NCBI RefSeq assembly: GCF_009914755.1
Contig: NC_060926.1
Origin: the human T2T-CHM13v2.0 reference genome, Homo sapiens
Reading direction: 5' to 3' (one strand)
Length of the DNA: 64,000 bases
The notes under the pieces were generated by a model, which did not search any database, had not been told where the DNA came from, and saw only the letters and a program-made list of their open reading frames with translations. The position numbers and the translations under genes are program-made. Positions 42,001 through 55,284 of the stretch are shown one piece after another. Each line of letters starts with the position of its first letter. Within the stretch, counting starts at the first letter, position 1.

Positions 42001-45000
42001 CTTTAACAGTTATTCCTTACACTTGCTAGTGTTTTATGGCCCTTAAAGCACATTTGTGTAGGTTGTGCCACGGTTCTCCACAGCAACACTCAAATGACAT
42101 GTTCATTTTTAGGGATAAAAAATGAGTCTGAAAGAATTTGTTGAATCCTCTATTAAGAACAGGAATTTTAGCACTTTTCTATATATCTTTTTCTATGATA
42201 TATCTTATTCCTTTTCATTTTATTTTTCTCTAGCTCTTTCCATTTTATTTGATTTTCTTCTCACTTATTCCTCCATCCTGTAATTTGAATTTGCAGCCTG
42301 TGAAGAACCAAAAAACAGTTTCTTAGGATAGTCATAAAAATGTCGAGAGAAGTATTAATATAAACTGTAAATAATGTATCTGATGACTTGAGCCCAAAAT
42401 ATGTTAATGAAAATGCCACTGGATTTTATTTAATTTAATGAAATCTTCACTCAATGTGGTCTGTGTGTCAGGTCTTTGGGGAAGTCAAAGTATGTCCAAA
42501 ACAGATACACAAACACACCCCCCGCAATGCTGACAGAAGATTGAAAGATCCGGGCTACACAAACCCTCTGAGATGAGCATGGTGGCAGGCTTGAACAGCC
42601 ATGGTCTCTGTGCTTTGGTCTCCTCTGTTCTCCTTTAAAACTTCCCCTTCATCACACTTTATTCGAAAAATAAAAACAGAGGGGAAGATGGGGCTATAGG
42701 GACAAGGAACTGGAAAAGGGGAACCAGGAAAGCTCTGGAAAAGTGTGAAAAGAAAGGGTGATTAACCTGCATGAACATGGTTCACTGAGTGGAATTTTAG
42801 CTGTCTTTCAGCTACACAGGCCAAGTGCTAGGCATGCTGGGGGAACCGCAGGAAGCCATGTGGGAATGACACTACCACACTCTCCACGTAGATGAAGGGT
42901 ATCTTGAGTGTAATGGTGAGCAGCTGTCTCTTTACTCAAATGACAACATGAAAGGGAGAGGCCTGGAATTTCAGCATTTGCCACCAACGTTTAATGCAAG
43001 GTTAAGTGGCAGCTGTTCCTGGTCCTGGGTCAGGAAATGTGTGTGAGGGGCAGGGCAGCACCAGTGAGCATAGCAAAGCTGGGACCTTCAGGAAATCCAA
43101 GAACCCAAATGCCTGAAGGTTCTGGGTCTTCAGAGGTCTGTCCTTTTACTGAAATAATAAAGTGTTTTCTTTTTTTTTTTGTAATAGACGGAATGACCTA
43201 AATGTTGAAAAATTATTTAAGAAATGTTGTATAAAGGATCACAGCAGTCAGATGATTTTGATGAAGTGTTTTATTCGAGTTGATCAGTGTTTGTAAAAAA
43301 TGGATTTTCAATGCCTAAGTTAGCATGCATGCATTCTCCAGGTAGTTTCCTAGTCCAGGAGACGCTTGGTGGAAGTGGCCAGCTCTCCAGAAGTTTGTGA
43401 GGGCTCCCGGAGGGGTCCACAGGTGGGTTCGCTTATAATGTCAGTGTTTAGAATAACAATAAATCTGCCTGTGTTCTTCGCAGAAATGAGTAACTTCAGA
43501 TATGAAAATAAACTCAGGCCTTTGTAAATAGAAGTAGCCAAACCATTAATCTAATGAGAATATCAGGGAAGTGGCTGAGGTAGCCTTTAAACAGCCTTTG
43601 TGGTGTAAGTCAGGGGCCGTTGTATTTTCCCGAGAGATGATGAGCCAAGATGGCTTCTCAGCTAATAAGAAGGCAACAGGATATAGCTGAATATATATGT
43701 GGAGTCCGGGACCTTTATTTCAATTCTGGCTTTGCCAATAGCACCGTGTCACCTTGTGAAAATTGCTGATTATCTCTGATTTTGGTAACTCATCTGGAAA
43801 ATGTGGAAGTTGGTGGGATGATCTCCAAGGTCCTGCCTAGCTTTAAAATTCTATGATGCTAGGAATATGGTTTGCCCATCAGTGAAAAGTCACTGAGCCG
43901 ACCTTGGAAATTGCTTCATGCCAATTAATCTCTTTCCTCCCTTTAGTGGCAAATGATCAGAAAATGGTTTCATCTTATAAATCATGAGTGTTTCCTTAGA
44001 ACTCCTCCTCCACTGCCGTATAAAAACCAGTGGCCAAAATCTGCTTGTGTCTGAGATAAATGTTAATAAACAGACATTACGAGTACTTCCATGAAGTTAA
44101 CTCTTGAGATTGAGCTTGCTCAGGAGCACAAAAAGGAGGTGGTTCTGAGAAAATTTTTACTTTTGTGGTGCTTTTTAAAGCAGTCCTGCTGGGAAATCAC
44201 TTTGATCAGCACACATACACACAGAAAAGATCATTTTTGGCTATTCTTACATTGTAAAGCCCCCAGTGGTGCTCTGGCATTTGTGAGAATGAGAGTTGTT
44301 CGCTGGGCACAGCCTGTGTCTGAATTACCTTTGCTGTCTTTGTCCCTTCAGTCCCTCCCTCTTGCTTACTTCCCATTCACTGAAGCTCTGAACTTGATTC
44401 TGGTTGTCCCCTCGGCATGCTCTGCTCCACTGTCTGACTGGTCCCAAACCTCGTTTTGGGTTTGTTTTGATGGGGTGCCAGGGATTTATTCCAAAAGATG
44501 CACACACTTTCATATTTTTCTTCTGCAGCAAAGAGTTCAGGTCAGAGACATAGAATAAACAGATCTACAAATGCATCTCTCAGTAATCTCAGATTCTTAT
44601 TTATCATTTGACCAGGCTTATTTTCTAGATGACCGTAGAAAAATTATAGGAACTAAAAAATTTCTTTGCTCTACTAGTGATCAGATGTTCTTGGTTTTTC
44701 CAAATTCTCAATATAATTTATTCTTATCTAAAAAGGTGATAATTTGATAGTGTAAAAATAAAGAGTACTTAATTTTATATCATTGAGATACTTTTCTAAC
44801 GATTCCTTTTATGTCAGTTTACACATAGGAAAAATTCCTTCATCAGACTGTGCCACTGAATTCTGGTTTCAGAAATTGGAGTCCCAGTGACTATAGACCT
44901 ATGTCCAATAGCACAGAAAGAATATTCAAGCTGAGTTAAAAAAAAATCAAGAAGTATTGTGGTATAACAACATGGTTTATGTATCTTCATCAGAACCAAA

Positions 45001-45750
45001 CCAAGAACAACAAAATCTCGTTAACTTAGGTTCTCTCCTCACATTGGATAAGTGGCTGAAATTAGATGATGAGTTTGATTGTTTGTTGGGCTTGATACTA
45101 ATTGGATTAGCTTGTTTCTGTGTGTCCTTGATCTACCCATTTAGGCCCAGACACACAGCCAGGGTATTTATGGGTTTCCAGTGAACTAACAGGCAGAGCT
45201 CAGTGCTGAAGACAGAAGACGATTAGATGACAGCGAAGAGATGGGATTTTCCTTGGAGGGGTGTGTGTGGGGTACCCCATCACGAGGCATACAATAATCA
45301 CTAAGGAAGACACAGTAAAACAACAGAGCCCTGCCCAGAGTCAGACAAATGAGCAGCTGCTCAGGAGAGTTGGTTAGAGTTACTTTAGCAGTGTGATAGA
45401 GATTTCTGGAAAGCCTTCTTCCATCTTCCACTCAAGCAGCCTTTAGAGGAAGAAAGGCTATAAGCAGAGCCATAGAGATAGATTCAGGGAGAGAAGGAGG
45501 AAGCCCAGGCAGGAGCAGCCAGTTTGGGGTGGGTAGGTGGAGAATATGAACTTGGATTCTGAAGGAGGTGAGGGCATTCAGGAAGGTTCAGAAGGTCAGA
45601 GGAAGGTGATGAAATCCTATGAAGGAGACATCTTAAGGAGCTGAAATTTAAAATGAAGTTAAGGACTGGTTAAATAACCATCCTGGCTGAAGAGATGAAG
45701 GAAAATTTCAGAAGATGGGCAAGATATTTCCTAGCCCCAAGGAAAATCAA

Positions 45751-46123
45751 TGTATTAGTCCATTCTGACACTGCTAATAAAGACATACCCAAGGCTGGGT
45801 AGTTTATAAAGGAAAGAGGTTTAATTGGCTCACAGTTCAGCATGGCTGGGGAGGCCTTGGGAAACTTACAATCGTGGTAGAAGGGGAAGTGAACGAACAC
45901 ACCCTTCTTCACATGGCAGCAGGGAGAAGAAGAATGAGACCTAAGCTAAGGGGGAAGCCCCTTATAAAACTATCAGATCTCATGAGAACTCACTATCAGA
46001 AGAACAGTGTGGGGGAAATTGCCCCCGTGATTCAATTATATCCACCCGGTCCTGCCCTTGACATGTGGGGATTATTACAATTCAAGATGAGATTTTGGAT
46101 GGGAACACAGTCAAACCAGATCA
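45751..46123 (-). mobile_element. MaLR solo LTR (THE1C/D-like)
   Basis: tgtattagtccattct...actgctaataaagacataccc...acacagtcaaaccagatca. Confidence 0.92.
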
Positions 46124-47433
46124 GTTAACAAACCTGAACACTGGACTCACATTGATTCTTTTCCTTTTGCTTGCTCCTAGGTATGGTTTTTAGTGTACAG
46201 TCTTACTTTGTGATACTAAAAATCTAATTCCCCTCTTTTTTTTCTCCCTTCCATTATGAAACCCTACTTATGGATTAGAACTAGCAGCTAGAGGTCGATC
46301 CCCACAAGGCAGATTTTTATTTTGGTGGCAGGTCAGAAGTAGGGTATTGGGTTCTCCCCTGCCCTTTCATCTCCCAGTGAGGACTATCAGACATCAGCAG
46401 ACAGATCAGCCTGGAGTTAGCTGCCAGTTCCCAGGGCACATCTGCCTGTGCTGGCTTGTTTGAGGTGACTTCCTTTGAGGGCAACAAACCAATTCTCATA
46501 CCTGAACCAAGTCATCTAAGCCTCCCAGAAAGGGTGTGTTTCACTTGTACTGACACAGGGAATATGATTCTTGTTCTTTTGAGTAAACAGTTCTATACAG
46601 TAGAGGGTGGGGCCAGATTAGAAAACAAAAGCCTAGAATTATATTGTTTCTCTAGCACCAACCTCCCTGGGGTGAGCTCACTGCTCAGAATGACACTCTT
46701 CTAGTCTGACCCACCTTTTTTGATATATAGGGTGGCGTTTAATGTCCTCTGCTCTGTTGCAGCTGGAATTCACCTCTTTTGCATGCCAGTTATAATCAGA
46801 CAGAGTCCCTTTAAGATCCCCAGATAAAATATGTGTAGATATGTCAGTTGTTAACCTGCATTCGATTGATGCACAATTTTCATTTCTATTTAGACATGTT
46901 TGCTTGAGAAATACTGATAATACCAACACGTATTCTTTAATGCTATTGGAGCTAGTGGCAAAGTACCCTATTTTCTACTTTATAGTTAGTTTTAAAATTC
47001 AAACTATAAATGTGAATTACTTTTCTGTCTGATTCCTCTGGTGTAGGTTATTGTTATGCTAATTCAGGTGTATGTCTTCCCAGACCTTCTAAGTATATAA
47101 ATCTTGTGTTCTTTTGAACAAATTGGGTGGTTAATCCTTTAATCAGTTATTGAGAGATTGCTACAAGCACAGAGAGAAAGCTGGACTTCTAAGCTTAACC
47201 ATTTGAAGGTCGACATTGTTATGCGTTTGGTGTTTCTCCTTTGTTTTTTTTTCTTCTATTAAATGGGAAAGTTAGGCTAATCCTACAGGAAGCACTTTCC
47301 TTGAAAGTGGAAAGATGGAACCCTGGGAAGAGAAGGAGTTCTAGTGATCTAAACCATAGGTAATGCTGCTTATGGGAGCAGTCTCTTGCTCTCCTTCTTT
47401 CTGTCCCTCTCCTCCTACATCACCTTTTACATG

Positions 47434-47830
47434 TGTTAAAATCCTTAGCCAAATTAAATTTAACAGAGTTCAATTGAGCAAAGAACAATTCGTGAATCCA
47501 GCAGTCTCCTGAGCCAGAGTAGGCTCAGAAAGATTCCATGCCAGGCACGTGGTGGAAGAAGATTTATGGACAAAAAAGGAAAGTGATGTACAGAAAATGG
47601 AAGTGAGGTACAGAAACAGCTGGATTGGTTTCAGCTCAGTGTTTGCCTTATTTGAACAGAGTTTCAACAGTTGGCCTCCTATGATTGACCAAATCTCGGT
47701 GAGTGGCACAAGAGTAGGTTACAGTCTGTTTACACTTCCATTTAGGTTATAGTTCATGATGTACAGAGAAACCTTTAGGCCAAACTTAAAATACCTAAGG
47801 AGGCAGCTTTAGGTTAAACTTGATTTAACA
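47434..47830 (-). mobile_element. ERV1 solo LTR (MER57-like)
   Basis: TG...CA termini; reverse complement starts tgttaaatcaagtttaacctaaagctgcctcctta; TSD catg/cata. Confidence 0.85.
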
Positions 47831-49478
47831 CATATTTTCTGAGAACAAAGATCTGTCTCCAGCAGGCTGGCTGTATTTGTCATTTAGATGATCTGTTTTC
47901 TTACAGTGTTTATATGGATTCTGTAGATAACCTTTTGTTAGCATAAATAGATAGGTCGTTTTCCCTTGATCTGTCCCTGAAAATATCAGTTGAGACTCCA
48001 TCAATTGCTCAAATACTCAGGTGAAATTCAAACACATTACCATCCATTGGCAGTGTCTGACTGTTATCGAGGGAGGAGGTTTAAGTTCATGTAAATGGTT
48101 AATGCTGACAGTAGAAGTATAGTGAAACTTTTCACCCTCAGATCATCTTTGTGTAGGGAGGCCCTGGCTGGAACTCTGTCCTACTTGGGTTGATGATGGT
48201 CTCTTGTCCTACTTTATTTCTACAGAAACATGTTCTGAATCTATTTATATTTACAAGGACTGGGTCCATGTTTCTGCAACTCCAGCTGACCGAGGGCACA
48301 TCATTTTATAGCTCCCCTTCTCCCCAGGTTTCAATCCACAGAGCCTGGGAAGAGCCTTTTTAGGGGTGCTTGTCCAGTGGAAATGGACAAGCTCCATGTG
48401 GAACTGGCATCACGATGGTGCAGTTGCTAGTGTCCACTTGGAAAATGAAAACAAGACGCTGAAATTGGAGGAAATGATAGACATTGAGTTTCTGACTTGG
48501 AAGGAGAAAAAATTATTTGTAAACCTTCTCCCATAGGATAAAGATTCAAATCAGAATCAGAAGTGCCAATGGGAGTCACAGACAAATGACATTTAAATCT
48601 TTGTGACTCTGAGGATTTTAAATTTTTCTTCTTTTTTAAAAGTTGCTATCTAAGATCTGTTTAAAATCTAAAGTGACTCACCTCATGTTCTTCCAGTGGC
48701 TCCTGTGTCTAACATGGGGCCGGCTGGTGTGATCACAACTTTTCCTTTGTAGGACTTATGTTGAATAGATACAGGTGTTTATAGAATTCTGTGCTGGGCT
48801 GCACAAACTTATAACTGAGGAAGATTGCATAGGTAACAAATATAGAGGTTCCTCATATTGAAAATTAAATCAATTTATTTAGAAATACAGGCCTATAATG
48901 ATGATGATAATCATAGTTACCAACTTGTGAGCATTCACAATGTTTACTACTGCAAATGGGACATTACTGCGTGCTGTTTTGTAAGGGAGAACACTGCAGT
49001 TCCAATTAGTTAAGTGAGCTAGTAATAATAGAGTGGAGGTTTAAACTTAGATCTATTGGCCACAGTAATTGTTTCAGGGATAATCATATGCTGAAAGCCA
49101 GGCCAATGGAAGATTTTAGAAGTAATTGGAAAGAGATGCTCTCTTGGGAATCCCAAAAAGTGGACGTAAGCCTGAAGCTTCTGTGATAATGTCCTAACGG
49201 GAACTTGTTTAAGAATGAAGCCAAAGCAGAAGAAAGCAAAAGAAAAGGAAAAAACGAGATCTCTGAGGACATGATTTCAGCATGTGGATACAGCTACGCC
49301 TGAAGCCAGCTGCTTCTGGAATATTTAGTTACATGAAACAATATATTCCTTTTTTTTTGGTTTAAGCCTGTTTGAGAGTTTTCTGTCTTAAAACTGAAAA
49401 AAGAAAGGGCCTTGACTATTCTGTCTTTTTTGCCAAAGTTTCTGAGTTCCCAGGAGATTTCTTATATCCCCCGACCCC

Positions 49479-49753
49479 TTTTGTTTTTGAGACCAGAGTT
49501 CCACTTTTGTTCCCCAGGCTGGAGTGCAATGGGGTGATCTCGGCTCACTGCAACCTGCGCCTCCTGGGTTCAAGCAATTCTCCTGTCCCAACCTTCTGAG
49601 TAGCTGGGATTACAGGCATCCACCTGTAATCCAGCCTGGCTAATTTTTGTATTTTTAGTACAGACGGGGTTTCACCATGTTGGCCTCTGGTAATCCACCT
49701 GCCTTGGCCTCCCAAAGTGCTGGGAATACAGGCATGAGCCACCGTGCCCGGCC
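49479..49753 (-). mobile_element. AluSp/Sq-like with an internal fold-back substitution and a left-arm deletion
   Basis: Reverse Alu; ccaccacg replaced by cctgtaatcca; atgttggcc joined directly to tctggtaatcc. Confidence 0.93.
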
Positions 49754-50041
49754 TTCTACCCTTTTCTCACACCTGAAACCACAAACAGTATTGCACCATC
49801 ACAATGAATGGTGGTTGCTTTTTGAAACACATCAGTCCTTCACTAGACTGAAAAATTCTGCAGAGCAGGGATAATGCCTTTCTTTCAGTGTGCGTGTGTG
49901 TGTGTCTGTGTAATTACTACCTATAGACCCAAACTGACTCCAAATATGCAAAGTAATCTTCAGATTTACACAAGAAATTCTTTAGGTAGCATTATGCATC
50001 AAGAAGATGGTTCTCCAACCTCTCCCCAGTATATAAATAGG

Positions 50042-50176
50042 GCCTTGCTTTTCAAACTTTGGCATGCAAACAAATCCTCTGAAGGTCTTGTCAAAATGTA
50101 GATTCTTTTTCAGAAGGTGTGGGGTAGGGCCAGACTTTCTCATTCCTAAGAAGCTGCTTACTACTTTGAGTAGCAA
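50042..50176. mobile_element. MER5A-like hAT MITE
   Basis: tttcaaacttt...aatcctctgaaggtcttgtcaaaatgtagattc...actttgagtagca. Confidence 0.7.
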
Positions 50177-50339
50177 AATATTGGGTATGTGTCACCAGTC
50201 CTCTTCAGGAAGATGTCAGGTCAGAACATATAAGAACATTCTCATAAATCTTTGACTTGTTAGGTGGTGAAGATGTATTTTTAAGGGCTGATCTCGATTA
50301 GATTAACTTAATATAACTTGAGGTGCACAGAGCTGTTAT

Positions 50340-51113
50340 TTTCTTAATCAATTAATGAGCGTTGAACCAATGAATGTTGACACACTTCCCAAGTGATCAA
50401 TGCATGATGTTACAAAGTCATGCATAAGTGAAAGATCCAAATGTAAATTTATTGGTATAGTTTTGGATTATTCATTGTAACTAGATATTAAGAAACCACC
50501 ACTTGCAGAGTTTTGATGTTGCATCACAGACTGTGCATGCAGTCTGCAGTGTTGCATCCACAATTAATTGAAAAGGCTAGTAAAGTACTTTTCCCTTTTC
50601 ACACAAAACATCTGGATGAGGCTGGATTTTCTTCATATATGTTAATGAAATTGATACATCACAACTGATCGCATGCAGAAGCAGATATAAGAATCCAGCA
50701 GATACTATTAAGGTAGACAATAAAGAGGTTTGAAAAAAATGTACAACAATGCCACTCTTCTTAATAAATGATTTATTTATTTTTGGAATTTTTGGAAATT
50801 TTACACTCTCACTGCCCACAGTATTCTTTTTGTACAGTATGTGTAAAAATCTAGTGTAAAATTATTTTTGGAATTATTTATTTAGTTTTGGAAAGTATAG
50901 TTATTTTTCATAAAAAGATGTCCTATAAACATAATGGACTTATCTTTCTTTAAATGAGCTTGTTTATATTTATACATAAAAGTTTTTACAGTTTTAAATT
51001 CAAATATGGTAAATATTGACATATATAATCTACATAAACAAATACTCTATGGGATCCTCAATAATTTTAAGAGTATAAATTGATCCTGAGACTAAAACTT
51101 TTGAGAGCTACTA
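50340..51113 (+). mobile_element. Charlie1-family hAT transposon 3' fragment
   Basis: ccaagtgatcaatgcatgatgttacaaa, tgaggctggattttcttcatata, tgcagaagcagatataagaatccagc and terminal gatcctgagactaaaacttttgagag. Confidence 0.85.
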
Positions 51114-51229
51114 CTTAAGAGCAATTCATGTCTTCAGTTTCTATCCCAATTCTGCCATACAAATATCTGAAGTTGCTTGAGCATTAACTAAATTCCAGGT
51201 GCTTAATTGTTGCTAACCCTGGGAGGGAG

Positions 51230-51365
51230 GTATAATTATTACTCTCATTTACAGTCAAGGAAATTGAGGTTTACGGAGGTTTAAAAACTTGCCCAACATC
51301 TCATAGCTAGGAAGTAGTAACGATTTGAACTTAGGTGCCTGACTCCAGAAGTCCCACTCTTAACA
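51230..51365 (-). mobile_element. MIR SINE
   Basis: catttacagtcaaggaaattgagg...aacttgcccaacatctcatagctaggaagt...gatttgaac. Confidence 0.75.
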
Positions 51366-52452
51366 ACCTTACAACCCAGCTCAGCTGAAAAGAAAGATTT
51401 AAAAAGGAAAAGAATAGAAGGTTTTTTTTTTTAAACTATACTACACTCTTCTTAGATAGCAGTGATGTCATAGGTTTATTAAAAAAAATACTTTTGTTGT
51501 TGTTTTGGTTATACTCCTATAACTGCTCCTGTAAGGAGGACCACTTTAGTTCATCTCTGTGAGCTGAATGACTTCTCCACTCCTGGCTGCAGCCTGGGAG
51601 ACAAAGTCCCAGACGTGCCTTTGTCCTTAGACCACAGGGACAGATTGGCTTTTTTCCCTGATTGCCCAGCAGCTTTTCTCTCTGGCCCTTTTTTTCAGCA
51701 CAGTTTCTGTGTCTCTTCCAAATGTGTATTTCCCACTTCTCCAGTGGATGCTTGGCTCTCAGCCCGCAGCTGAGCCTGAATAAGCACGTGGGGCACAGGG
51801 ACCCCATCAAGTACACACGTGGCAACAAAGCCACCCACTGGGCTCCTGATAGGGTGAATCGCACAGCTCAGGGACTTTCTCAGGAGATGTTCTCTTCTGG
51901 TCCTTCCAGAGCCATAGTCATGCCCATGTGGGCTCAGGAAACAGGAGCCCTCTGGGTCATGTGATAATTGGTGATCACCTTGTCATCACTAGCTCATGAT
52001 GTAAAGATGAAGTCTAGAGATGCCTTGACTGGAGGGTTTCAGTTTGTGTAATAGCAAGTGGCATTTCAAGGCACACCATTTGGAAAATTCTCCCATGATA
52101 TAAACACTGTAAATATTTATTTAAGCTCCCCCAACCTCCCACTGCCATTTCAGAAGCAAATTATTCAAGAGGCTAGATTTTTACACATAGTGTACATAAA
52201 GAATACTGTGGGCAGTGAGAGTGTAAACATCCCAGCCATGCAATCTAACTCTTAGTAGAAATTACTTTCCTTGGGACCTAGATGGCATTTCAGATTAGAA
52301 ATGGTGATTTATGGTGCTTAACCAATTTGCCCAAAGGCATACAGTTAGTAAATGACTTTGGAATCAGATAGAACTTGGATTAAATTCCATTCTTGTTAGT
52401 TATCTGTGCAGTTTCTGCATGTTGCTTAATGTTGCTGAGTCTTGATTTCTTT

Positions 52453-52746
52453 CTTTCTTTTTGTTTCTGAGACAGAGTCTCACTGTGTTGCCAGGCTGGA
52501 GTGCAGTGGAATGATCTCGGCTCACTGCAACCTCCACCTCCTGGTTCAAGCAATTCTTCCACCTCAGCCTCCCGAGTAGCTGGGACTACAGGCATATGCC
52601 ACCATGCCCAGCTAATTTTTGTATTTTTAGTAGAGATGGGGTTTCACCACGTTGGCCAGGATGGTCTCGATCTCTTGACCTCGTGATCCACCAGCCTCGG
52701 CCCCCTAAAGGGCTAGGATTACAGGCATGAGCCACCACGCCAAGCG
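52453..52746 (-). mobile_element. AluSc-like inserted in a MIR
   Basis: gttgccaggctgg and ggccaggatggtctcgatctcttgacctcgtgatcc; TSD ttgatttcttt. Confidence 0.95.
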
Positions 52747-55284
52747 TTGATTTCTTTATCTATAAAATAGAGATCGAAATGCTGTGATGATTAAATAAAA
52801 TAAGGAATATCAAGTTCTGAGCACAGTCTGGTGCATAACATGTGCTCGATAAATTTTCCATGATGATCATTGTCCTGTTATCTATTTTATTATTTTACAA
52901 CTCTTATCTGTTCTCATGATGATTCCTCCACCTACTGGGACCATGAACAGTAAGCTGTCTGTGTTCAGTCAATACCTAGCTCAATGCTTAGTATTTGGGG
53001 TCCTTAATAACTATTTGAATGAATGAACAAAAGAATGAACAAATGATAAGATTATGACAAGAGATTTTTATTGATAAGTGAATTTCTAAATGGAAATGCT
53101 GGGAAATCTTGTTGAAATTATCTGAGGCTCAGAAATGACTGGTAGTGTGAACAGCGAGGAACTAGGTGAAAGAATGTCTTTGGGTGGGAAGAAATCCAGA
53201 ACGCAGAGCCTCTGGCTCACTCATGTGGGCATCCATGTACAAGTGTTTCTGTCTCTGACTGATGACAAACCTTTCCTGGAGGGCTATTAAAATGCTTCTA
53301 TTCTTAGGTAACTTTTGAACTAGGTATTTTGCAGGGAAATGGGAAGTTTCTTTGACCTTTGAAAATCTGCCCCTAATTCAGTTTCTCTGGTTAGGAAATG
53401 ATTCCTCTGGATTAACTAGTATTTAGGGTAGTATAACTACAGTTAAAAAACAAAGACCCAAATGTGCATTTCTTGCTCTTTAACCACATTGGGAGGGAAA
53501 ATATGTATTAATACATGGGATGGCTATCTTCCATTAAATAATTCAGGGAATTCAGGTTAAGAGAGGTTTGCCAGATCACCTGGGGATTATCTCCCAGTCA
53601 GCTGAATGGGGAAAGGAACATGAGCTGCATGGAAGGTTTCTTAACAGCAGCACTTATCACTCTTGTCTATATTTTATTGGCCAGAACTCAGTCACATGAC
53701 CACACCAGACTGCAAGGGGATCTGGGAAATGTCATGTCCGGTTGGCACTTTCTAGTAACAATGTGCAATATATGAAGAGGAACATAAATATTTTGTGAAC
53801 CATGAACTGTCTTTGCCATACTTTCAAGGAGACCTCTGGGAAGGATGATTTACTGTAAATTAGTTTGTCCCTGCCAGAGAAAGGAGATCTTTAACAGGAA
53901 GGTTTTATCCTAGAAAAGGTTGGGGTAAAAGGTTCAGGGACATCAAAGCTGAGCAGTGCAGTCCAGCTGCGGGAAAGAGAGCTGGGACAAGCCTATGTCC
54001 TACGGTCCTGGACTCCTCAATGTGAGAAGTAGTGCTTCAGGACAGGACAGGAGAAATACAAGATAGAGACATAAAGTCATCTAATTCACACTTTGCCAAG
54101 GATAAGAAATGGCTGCCCTCCAAGGAGCAAAATGGTGCTTGTGGGCGGCCTTTGCAATAAAGTACTTACAAGCCATTTGGGGGCTCTGCTCAGGTGTCTC
54201 AAGCTGTGGGGAAAGAATAAGGACATGTTTCCCCCATACTACTTTTACCCCTTCAAGAAGAAGAGGCAGGCTCATTATGTCTCTAGGTGGATTTTATAGT
54301 TCTGGATTTGAGCCTAAAAGTTGCATGTGGTTTTCAAATACTTATTTTATCACACTCCATGATTACCTCCATTATGTGTGGCTAACATTGAGTCTTTTCA
54401 GATTTAGTAGGGATATAAAAGGTTTAAATAAGACCAATATCAGATGTGTCTGGGATTCCATTTCTTGCATGCGCACTGTAAATAAACGCTAATGAAAAAT
54501 ATTTGAGTTCCAAATTCTGCCACCCCAAATCCTACAAATATGCACATTAAAGCCCCATAATCCCATAAAAGCCTTTTTACTTGTAAATAACACTATCTTG
54601 TTTTCCATCTCAAATTTCTTCTCCTGTAATTACACAATATTTGGTTTCCCCTTTTTAGGCAATTCAAATTAAAACTTATTTCATTTCATAATTACAAACA
54701 TTCATTTTGAGTAAAGACTAATCTGACGGGAATTTGGTTCCAGTGATATTGTAACCCAGACTTATAATAGCAAAGCAATCCATCTCCTGACTAATGTCTT
54801 GGAATCTTTTACAACTCTACCCCGGCTAAACATTTGCCTTTGGAAAGTTTTATCCTTTTCCTTGAAATAATAATGCTTTATTAAGAGCACAGTGTGATTT
54901 GAGTTTTTTAAAAATAATGATTTAAATCAAAGACTTCAAGATATAAAGAATTTAAAGGGTGAGCCATTCTACCCTCTTAGTTTTGGGTTATTTTATAACT
55001 CCCATGAGCTTTAGAGTGGAACGTTGCTTAGAAAAATGTTCATTATTAAGTTAGGTTTCAACTGTTTCCTGAAAAAAGGAGAAAGAAAATATTCTTTGTC
55101 TGGGTATCATAATAGGTGATAATTTTGAAATACTAGATAAAGTATATGTTATTGCTATTCCGAGTATAGATAGAGTAGAATAAGATCATGGCTGACTGAT
55201 CATTTAGGCATAGAGAGTTAATATCTAGGAAAACACAGTGTTCATTAAAATGAGAGAAAAACATCACATGGAGTGTTTGCAGAG

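Noticed and set aside
43342-43422. Possible 81-nt plus-strand exon (ctccag ... CAG|gtgggt); similar case near 3919-3967
   Set aside because: One of the two splice signals is weak in each case; not distinguishable from background pseudo-exons.
44091-44558. 155-aa ORF in unique sequence
   Set aside because: No recognisable domain or supporting gene structure; an ORF this long is plausible by chance in 64 kb.
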